From assembly GCA_000165345.1 (NCBI GenBank), contig CM000434.1, forward strand, positions 448,001 to 512,000: 64,000 bases of DNA, written 5' to 3'. Position numbers and translations under genes: made by a program. This document shows, piece after piece, positions 56,413 to 64,000 of this stretch. Every line of letters starts with the position of its first letter. Positions within the stretch are counted from its first letter, which is position 1. Under the pieces are notes generated by a model. It was given only the letters and a program-made list of their open reading frames with translations. It searched no databases and had not been told where the DNA came from.

Positions 56413-59409
56413 TTGGATGCCTATATTAATTCACAGAACTCTTCATTAGATGCCAATCGTATCAATATATTAAAGACTATACTGACTTCCATAAAATTGG
56501 TAAAAGACCTTAGGATGAGTAATATTCAAGCGTCCAATTTATTTTCTCCATATTTAATTATTAGGATGGCAATTATGTCAAGGAATAGTAGATTGATTGA
56601 AATATTAAAGAGAGATATTGATATTTTTCTAAAATCCGGGGATGTTTTATTAAATTTAATTGAAGAGTCATTTGGAATTATTGACGATAAACAGATACTA
56701 AAGGAAAAGATAAAAAAATCTTATATTTTTGGGCAAGCTGACATAAATTCGTGTATAAAATTATTTCCAATGATTGAAAATAATATTAAATTATGTTTAA
56801 ATATAGAAGATATTCCATCATACAACAATGATATATATTTTTCTATCAAACTGATTTCTATTATACCTAAAAAAAAAACAATGAGTGATCTTTTATTTAG
56901 TATCTCTAACAAGATATCAAACCAGCTTTACAGAATATTTAGAAATTCTATTTCAGATAATTCATTAATCCGCACAAGGTTTGAATGTAGTAATTCGCAG
57001 CTTTGGGTTGCTGAGGAAGGTTCATTAAAAATAATTCCTAACAGCCTACATCCTTTTTCCAAATTTTCAAAAGCAAAAAGAAACTCGTATTATATCAAAA
57101 ATCGGTGTCTAAATAAATATAAGAGCGGATTAAATATAAATTTAGAAAAGAGTTATAATAATAGAAATGAAATCAACATAGAAAATATTTCAAAATCAAG
57201 AATTTTATTTAGAAATTTATTTGTTTTATTAACTTGGGCAAGCGATTATATTGGGAAAAGCGAATTTAGCAAATCAATTAAAAGCTTAACACATTTATTT
57301 GAAATTTGGCAAAGGAATCCTGCATTATCATTCTCTTTGAAAGATTTTGTGTATATAAGTGATTATGTTATTCTAGTTCTAGTTTTCTCTGACCAAATAA
57401 AGATATTAAAAGATTTGAGTGAAAATAATATTCTTGAAACAAATATGAAGCCTTTAGATAAAAATCATGAACCAAAAAATTTAATTATTTGTAACATAGT
57501 TGCAAATTCAATTACAATTTCAAGAATGAACCAGTATTATAACGGAAAAAGTGACCATTCAAATCCCACTACCCTAAATGCATCTAAATCGAGAAATGAA
57601 ATGATAATGGATATATTTTGCAATAAATGGAAGATTAATAGAGGAAAAGTGACCAATATTGAAATTTTAAAGGGCAACACAGTGAGGATTATTGAAAATC
57701 TTTTACTTCTAAAGCCTGATATCTTGAATTTAAGTATTTTAATAATAATATTAACTTACCATTCATGGGGAAAGCTTCAAATGTATATTAGTGGGCAAAT
57801 AAAACGTATGTTACACTTTCCATGCGCATCAATATTAAATTTTAAATTTTTCAATTCAATATTTGAATTATATGAACAATTATTTATCTCAAATGTTAAA
57901 ATTAGAATGAATGAAATATATACAATTTCAGATTTAGTTTCAAACTGGAAAGATTTTTCTGTTGGAATTGAAAATAATTCAGATTTTTTTGAAAATTCTA
58001 ATGATAATTTGAGTTTGTCATATACCACATTTTTTTTAGAGAGAATAACAAATTCTATTAAAAAAAACTTATTCTTAAAATATAAAAAAGCAATTAAAAT
58101 GATAAAATGCATTCAAGTAAAAAAATTGAACAATATAATAATTTATTTTAACCAAAAAAAAGTGAACAACAAAAAATTCTTTCAACTTGACTTCATTAAT
58201 CACTTATTAATACAAAGTACTCCAAATCACTATTTTTTAATAAATACTTTTGTAAAATTAAATCTATGGTGGGAATTAATGGTTTACATTCTAAGATGGA
58301 GTTTTGAGCTTGGACCTTCCAAATCGAGATCTTTATTAATAGATAAAAGACGTGAAATACGAGCAAACAGTGAAAAAACTTTTGAAGAGATATTTTTTGA
58401 CCTGGTTATAAAAAAAGCTCATTCAAAAGGCCAATTAAATTCTCTGATCAATGCAATGAATGAAGCCGTACCATTGGGAGGCCCAAGAGCCGCTATAGTT
58501 GTGAAAAAGTGCAAAAATGCAATACAAAAATACTTAGAATGTAGTGGGGCTTTGGAAATGTTATATAGATCTTTTCTATCACTTTATATTTCAATTGAGA
58601 TTCCTCACGCACTTATGGGGGCAATAGCAATCCATCTTTCACTTCTAGACCATTTAAATATTGATTCAAGGACTGGATACTTAGAATCAGCTTTGTACCA
58701 TTTCAAAAATGCAAATTTGGTATTGAAAAAAAAAGTTAAGTCAGGAGTAATTAAAAAGAACAAACATGCATCTCCAACAAACTGTATTGACTGCGAAAGA
58801 ACTGCAGAAGTCCCATTTCTTTCTCAAAATTTGAATATTGGGAAATTAAACGACGTACTTATTCCATTTATCGCTGATATTCCAATTTATAAAATTAATA
58901 TTTCTCCTTGGGGTGGTCTTTCATTGCCAATAATACAAAGAATAATCAGATTAGTCGAGCTGCAAAATTCGATTATTAAACTCTTAATAAAAGAAAATTC
59001 ATCAATGTCAATTTTAAGTCCAAATTATAAGGATAGAAGAAATGTTATAGTAGTTCTCTTTCTTATTCGTGAATATCCTCTTGCATTTAAGACTTCTAAC
59101 ATGCTTGAAATACCATTGATGGAAATTTTGGTGCATGCGACTAAAGAACTGATAGTTTCTTATCCAAACAGCAATTCTCTTTATTGTTTTCTGGATTCAA
59201 TGAAACTATGGCTGTCAGAATACGACTCGGATGCACTAATATCAAATGCAATAAATATGTGGATCTCGGAAAAAAAAATAAATCTTAATAATATCCCAGA
59301 ATTAGAAAAAAACAGTATAATGGAACTCGTTAATAGGCTGTCAAACCCTTTGAGCAGAAGCGAAGCATTTAAAATGATAAATCCTTTGGAAAGAGTTAAA
59401 TTAAGTTAA
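56413..59409 (+). CDS. Large (998 aa from first TTG/ATG) hypothetical protein, possibly continuous with the upstream 1682-aa ORF
   Basis: Same strand and the same amino-acid composition as the upstream ORF. Its reading frame is open back to 56287 and overlaps the last 26 codons of the upstream ORF. The track's start at 56413 is a TTG codon; the first ATG is further downstream. The real start is therefore uncertain. Confidence 0.5.
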   Translation: MDAYINSQNSSLDANRINILKTILTSIKLVKDLRMSNIQASNLFSPYLIIRMAIMSRNSRLIEILKRDIDIFLKSGDVLLNLIEESFGIIDDKQILKEKIKKSYIFGQADINSCIKLFPMIENNIKLCLNIEDIPSYNNDIYFSIKLISIIPKKKTMSDLLFSISNKISNQLYRIFRNSISDNSLIRTRFECSNSQLWVAEEGSLKIIPNSLHPFSKFSKAKRNSYYIKNRCLNKYKSGLNINLEKSYNNRNEINIENISKSRILFRNLFVLLTWASDYIGKSEFSKSIKSLTHLFEIWQRNPALSFSLKDFVYISDYVILVLVFSDQIKILKDLSENNILETNMKPLDKNHEPKNLIICNIVANSITISRMNQYYNGKSDHSNPTTLNASKSRNEMIMDIFCNKWKINRGKVTNIEILKGNTVRIIENLLLLKPDILNLSILIIILTYHSWGKLQMYISGQIKRMLHFPCASILNFKFFNSIFELYEQLFISNVKIRMNEIYTISDLVSNWKDFSVGIENNSDFFENSNDNLSLSYTTFFLERITNSIKKNLFLKYKKAIKMIKCIQVKKLNNIIIYFNQKKVNNKKFFQLDFINHLLIQSTPNHYFLINTFVKLNLWWELMVYILRWSFELGPSKSRSLLIDKRREIRANSEKTFEEIFFDLVIKKAHSKGQLNSLINAMNEAVPLGGPRAAIVVKKCKNAIQKYLECSGALEMLYRSFLSLYISIEIPHALMGAIAIHLSLLDHLNIDSRTGYLESALYHFKNANLVLKKKVKSGVIKKNKHASPTNCIDCERTAEVPFLSQNLNIGKLNDVLIPFIADIPIYKINISPWGGLSLPIIQRIIRLVELQNSIIKLLIKENSSMSILSPNYKDRRNVIVVLFLIREYPLAFKTSNMLEIPLMEILVHATKELIVSYPNSNSLYCFLDSMKLWLSEYDSDALISNAINMWISEKKINLNNIPELEKNSIMELVNRLSNPLSRSEAFKMINPLERVKLS

Positions 59410-59422
59410 TATTTTTTCATAA

Positions 59423-60085
59423 TTAAAGGCAGCTAAGTAGGTATATTGCAAAACTATAAAAAATGAGTGCAAGCGGTAATTGATATATTATAAAGTCGTA
59501 TAATGCATTAAATAAATATATAAACCACTCTTTAAGATTTTTTTTTACCGATTTTATTGAAATATTTGTGCATGAAAATTCTGGATTACAAAACTTGCAT
59601 TGCTTATTACATGCGGACTTCATTCTAATCAAAGAACGCCTAAATTTACTTTTCTGCCAAGTATTATTTAGTTTTGTATTACATCGTTTATTTGATAATG
59701 ATTTATCTACGTAATTTGTGAACATTACCATATTTTTTGGAACAGTATTCAAAATATCCTCTCCGAAATACTTCTTAGGAGTAGTTAGAAGTTTATTTGA
59801 TTGTGTAAATGAGTATTCTTTATTATATCTCTTTTTAACTGGGGTTCTGTTCAAACAATCATTAACTAATAATCGATCATCGGATCCTAAATAATCCAAA
59901 TGTTCTTCATAGTTCTCACTTTTGGAATTTTGTATTTTAATAAGTAGATCTGTTTCCTCAAACAACGAGAGATTTTTTTCATTTGTTCCTTTAGAGAAGG
60001 TATTTATTAACTTTAAATCATCTCTTTCTTTTTCTTTTGGTGTTTCAGGAAGAAATAAAGTGCTCATTATGTAAAATATAAACAA
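59423..60085 (-). CDS. Small tail-anchored-type membrane protein, hypothetical
   Basis: 220 aa, hydrophilic and K/E/N-rich, with a Cys cluster ('CNKQCKFCNPEFSC') and a single C-terminal TM 'FIIYQLPLALIFYSFAIYLLSCL' at the extreme C-terminus. The first Met may actually be the 'MSTLF' Met. Confidence 0.45.
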   Translation of the reverse strand: MFIFYIMSTLFLPETPKEKERDDLKLINTFSKGTNEKNLSLFEETDLLIKIQNSKSENYEEHLDYLGSDDRLLVNDCLNRTPVKKRYNKEYSFTQSNKLLTTPKKYFGEDILNTVPKNMVMFTNYVDKSLSNKRCNTKLNNTWQKSKFRRSLIRMKSACNKQCKFCNPEFSCTNISIKSVKKNLKEWFIYLFNALYDFIIYQLPLALIFYSFAIYLLSCL

Positions 60086-60353
60086 AATTTACAAAAATGT
60101 GGGTCAAGTTACGGCGGGAATATCGAAACTAAATTTTTAACTCTGGAGATTGAGTATAAAAAAATTTGTTATCCCATTTTCTTCCCTTTACTGGTAAAAC
60201 AGTAATTCCTAAAAAATATTTGGCCTAAAACAATGTATCATAAACATACCTGGTCCATCACTAGATGAAAACCAATAATTATCTCTTTTTGCAATTCTCG
60301 AGCTTTTTCTGATCTCAGAATCGGTTAATAATAATTCAGCCTAATAAATTAGT

Positions 60354-61429
60354 TTAATTTCTCTGAGTCCTTCCAAAACTTACCTTTGAATATAGGGATA
60401 TTAGTGCTGTTTCTACTTTAAGAATTCTATCTCCCATATTCACGACTTTGAATCCCATTGTAATTAAGTCTGTCAATTCTTCTTTTGTCCAACCTCCTTC
60501 AGGTCCAATAGCAAGGATAATTGGTCCAGTGTGGCTTTGTAATCCTATTTCAGTAATCTTGCTGTTGCCTAAGACATCAGCAACAATTCCAATCATGCTT
60601 TCTTTGCAAAAAAAATAATTCCTAATATTGTTAATGTTTAACAAAAAGGAAGTAAAGTTTCTTACCTTAAATGCTGTAGAAAAAATGTCCAAGAAGCATA
60701 AACATAAACATCTGGGCACAATGTTTTTGATGCCTGTTCAAGCCCAAGCTGTACAATTTCATCAATAGACTCTTTTTTTAACTTGGATGAATTTAAATAC
60801 GACTTTTCGGATTTATCAGTACAAACAAAAATTATTCTTCCAACTCCAATTGTAACCGCATTTTGAAGTACTTTCTCAAACACTTTTGGTCTAGGAAGTG
60901 CAATTAATAAGTCGATTAAGGGGTAATCATGTTTATATTCCTCTTTATGAATTTCTGTATCTAACTTAATTGTAACTGCATATTGAAAATTATTTAAATT
61001 ATTGATTTCCGAAATAGATCTTCTGGATCTATTATTTACTTTATTACCTATTTCTTCAATGCTAGATAAGTTAATTATTGATTCTGATTTGGTTATTCCA
61101 TCTTTATTAGTTTCTTTTCTCATTATTTTGGTTACTGTTGCAGTTCCTTTTCCAGAGTTTTTAACTCCAACATTAACTTTTGAGCCAATATTAATTTCCA
61201 GAACTGAGATACAATGATTGGACTGTCTGGAGGATAGCTCAACAGTTAGGTCTTCATTAATATCCTTTTTATCAATAATGATTAAGTTCATTAGAATTGA
61301 TGGAAAAATGACCATTATGGCGGTATGATCTGCATTAAGACTGGATCTTCTCGCATGGTGCATAAGAAAGATACGATCACATAATAAAACTAAGCTAACA
61401 AAAGATTGGGTTTCGTATTGAAAGATCAT
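60354..61429 (-). CDS. RsmE-like SPOUT-class RNA methyltransferase (16S rRNA m3U1498 methyltransferase family), two exons
   Basis: Exon 1 is 61429..60666 and exon 2 is 60621..60354 (minus strand). The 44-nt intron 60665..60622 has donor GTAAGA and acceptor ATATTAG. Splicing joins '...LGLEQASKTLCPDVYVYASWTFFLQHL' to 'RNYFFCKESMIGIVADVLG...IGPEGGWTKEELTDLITMGFKVVNMGDRILKVETALISLYS'. The last stretch matches the RsmE C-terminal motif 'iGPEGGf..eE......GF..vsLG.RILRtETAa'. The track shows this as two overlapping ORFs in different frames. Confidence 0.75.
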
Positions 61430-61446
61430 TTATTTTTTATTTGAAA

Positions 61447-64000
61447 ATGCCTTTATATTTTCAAGATGACTTATTCTCAATAACGAAAGATCAAAAAAAA
61501 TATATTAACATCAAAAGGTATACTTTAAAATCAATCATTTTTTTTTAAATAACTTTTTTAGTCTGATAAGAACAACCTTTACTTTTGTTTACAGTATTTT
61601 TATTTTTACTACTGCAGTTTTAGTCTTAAATAAATATTATTCATTTCCTGGAATTGTTGCAATTGGTAAGTTAATAATAATATATTAAGCAATTTCAACT
61701 TCGTATCCTAAGTATTTAACAGTGGAATTTTTTTTTTCTTATATATAATTATTGAGTGGTTTAATCTTCCAAAATTTTTAAATTGGAATATTTCATATTT
61801 TTTGATTAAAAGAAAACTCTATAAATCATCTACAAGAATTTTTCAAAAAAAAGTCAGCAGACCGTAAGTTTATAATGTTTTTTAGAAAATTATTAATGGT
61901 TTTTAGGTATTTGAAAAACTCGAACCTTAAAAAAAATAAAAATGAACTAGAAGAGTGTATTGAGATTGATTGTAAAAGTGGAAGTTCAGAATCGTTTAAT
62001 GAAACTGGATTATATGACTATGCATTTGATCATTCAATAATTTCTAAAGCTGCTTCAGATGATTGGGTAGCTGCAATACCTCGAATACATAAACAAGTGG
62101 GTTTAAATTTTTCAATTTTAGATTTATCATTTTTAGGTTATGAGCAATGAATTTTATTCAAACAAATTATTTACATTAAAAGGAGTTGAATTGATTCATT
62201 GGGGAATTCATACAGGTTACCCAAGTTTTTCCCAATTATTAAAAAATACATCAGAAATACTTAGTTCATTTATTGAAATGTGTTTTAGGCAAACACAAAC
62301 GCCTGCATATCAAACAGGTAAGGTTTTATTAACTTATTTTGTTAAAATAATATTTTTAGGCCACATTGTAAAATCAATGTTGTGGTCCGGGGTGTATATT
62401 TGGGCAACAACAAAGATGTATCGTAAAAATAATAATGACCCATGGAATTTTAAACGTATTCCGGAGATTTACTATTTTTTTGAATCAACATTTTTGTGGA
62501 TGCTTTCCTATGATTATGTAATTGGTACGCACTAAAATAATTTATATGAAAAGTTGATTTTTGTTTCAGGTTTAATAGCAATATGGTATAGAAAAGAGAG
62601 TACAATACGTTATATTTTCAATTTTTATCAAATTATTGACTTTTTGTCGCTTCCTCCGTTCTTATTGTTTATAATTACAATAAGCCCACAATACGAATCA
62701 AGCCAAAGTTGGTTATTAATGTAAGTTTAGCAATATTTTTTTCAAACTTCAAATATTTGATTAGATTCGGGTGGTTAAGATTTTTAAGACTATTTCGAAC
62801 AGAAAAAGTGTTGGATATGTTATTTCCACATGTTTCTGCAATAAAAAGAAGAGTTATCGGTAAGACATTCTTTCTTTAATGATATTTTTTACTAAAATAA
62901 TTAGGAATTTTTGCTGGTGCGATAACCATCATTTTAACTCATGCTGGTGCAATATTTACGATAGAGTCACCATCGGAAAAAGAATATAATAGTTTGTTTG
63001 ATTATTTGTATTATTCAGTTGTAACAATTGGTACTGTAGGTTATGGCGACTTTTCACCTCGAAAAAGAGAAGGAAGACTAGCTACAATCATTTTGATCAC
63101 CCTGACCTTAGTTTTACTTCCTCATGAATTTCAAAGACTAAAAGAAGCATTAAATACACCACCAGATTCAATTGGATCATTTATTAGGAAAAATGATACA
63201 TATTTGTGTATTATTGGACCAATTCCACCAAAGGTAAGTTAATTATGCTCTTTGCAATATTTTAACACTTTCTTAAAGCAGTTGTTATTTATTACAAAAA
63301 GTCTTTCTCTGCAAAAACAAAGAAGATTCAAATCTATAGTACTTGTGACACCAATACAAATTTTAGAATATCAAAACATAGTTAAAATATCACAACAAAG
63401 AGGTTATATTCGATTAAGTATAAAGCAGGGTTTTTTAGGATCTGCAATCAATAACCTGGTCCAATATAGCTCTATTGTTTTAATTTATGGATCAGAGAAG
63501 CCAATATTACATGATGTTATTTGTAATGAAGGAACGCAAAAAAGTGACTTTGATGCACTGATTACTGTAATGTGTAAGCGATAAAATGAATAATTATGAT
63601 TAATAATATGAATTTTAGGTCTGACTAATTTATTGGGGCTAAAAGATAAATTTTTTCTTATTTTTTATTCATCGCAAGTTGCAAGTTTATCAAAGATAAC
63701 TGGAGTATTAGGGAGCCTATCTTTAGAGAATTTAAGAATTAAATTATTAAGCAAATGTATAAGTAATTGTCCAGGGTTTCTACCAATTATGCTACATCTT
63801 ATTATACCAAAGAATGAAAACATGCTTAAAAAGCTCCAGGAACCACCAAAAAATACATTTTTTACTAGTAATATCGATAGATCAAAAATTACCCCATATG
63901 AATGGAAATGTAGATGGAGGGGACTGCATTTTAAGGTTTATACATTAAGATTTCCAAACTCATTTTTTGGATATCCAATACAAATTTTTACGAAGTATAT
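61447..64000 (+). CDS. Voltage-sensor-containing K+ channel with cytoplasmic RCK-like domain (BK/Slo-like), multi-exon, 3' partial at window end
   Basis: Proposed exons: 61447..61517, 61562..61665, 61713..61863, 61907..62136, 62183..62317, 62360..62524, 62570..62720, 62765..62859, 62905..63233, 63279..63573, 63619..>64000. All ten introns are 42-47 nt (GTAAG/GTATAC/GTACGC/GTTATG donors, YAG acceptors) and the phases are consistent throughout. The spliced product has an S4-like 'WLRFLRLFRTEKV' (R at every third position), pore helix plus selectivity filter 'YYSVVTIGTVGYGDFSP', S6 'LATIILITLTLVLL', and a post-S6 'YLCIIGPIPP' resembling the Slo 'HIVVCG' start of RCK1. The ORF track splits this into at least 4 ORFs. 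Confidence 0.75.

Noticed and set aside
61864-61885. Alternative 22-nt intron (acceptor at 61885) in the K+ channel gene
   Set aside because: In frame, but shorter than every other intron in the window (42-50 nt); the 43-nt alternative ending at 61906 fits the local size class. The 7-codon difference is noted as uncertainty.
1-64000. Prokaryotic-style novel system (defence island, CRISPR array, toxin-antitoxin, phage or mobile element)
   Set aside because: The window is eukaryotic: spliceosomal introns, a Pol III tRNA with T-run terminator, and NOT1/adaptin/STT3/AMPK-beta/XRN genes. No direct repeats with spacers, no integrase or transposase ORFs, and no inverted-repeat termini were seen.

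Overview
This window is eukaryotic, not prokaryotic. It is an AT-rich, gene-dense chromosome segment that matches Cryptosporidium, most likely the C. parvum-type COWP1 region (recalled as chromosome 6). The strongest evidence is the 1623-aa cysteine-rich protein on the minus strand (46191..51062): it contains exact matches to the classic COWP diagnostic primers cry-9 and cry-15, and the resulting 553-bp in-silico amplicon gives the C. parvum RsaI pattern (413/106/34 bp). I call about 19 protein-coding genes, mostly single long ORFs. Recognisable products are: ribonucleotide reductase large subunit; a mucin-type polypeptide GalNAc-transferase; a METTL16-like m6A methyltransferase; a BT1-family folate/biopterin transporter; STT3 oligosaccharyltransferase; an AMPK/SNF1 beta subunit; CCR4-NOT subunit NOT1; an adaptin large subunit; an XRN 5'-3' exoribonuclease; COWP1; an RsmE-like SPOUT methyltransferase; and a voltage-sensor/RCK-type K+ channel that runs off the window end. 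Several large proteins (2367, 1676, 1682+998 and 1011 aa) have no recognisable domains. There is one tRNA-like gene whose D-arm and anticodon arm are leucine-type but whose variable loop is short (class I) with C at position 33. Three genes (BT1 transporter, RsmE-like, K+ channel) contain introns of a strikingly uniform tiny size (42-50 nt) that the six-frame track splits into separate ORFs or reads through. I found no CRISPR array, prokaryotic defence island or mobile element, and did not force one.
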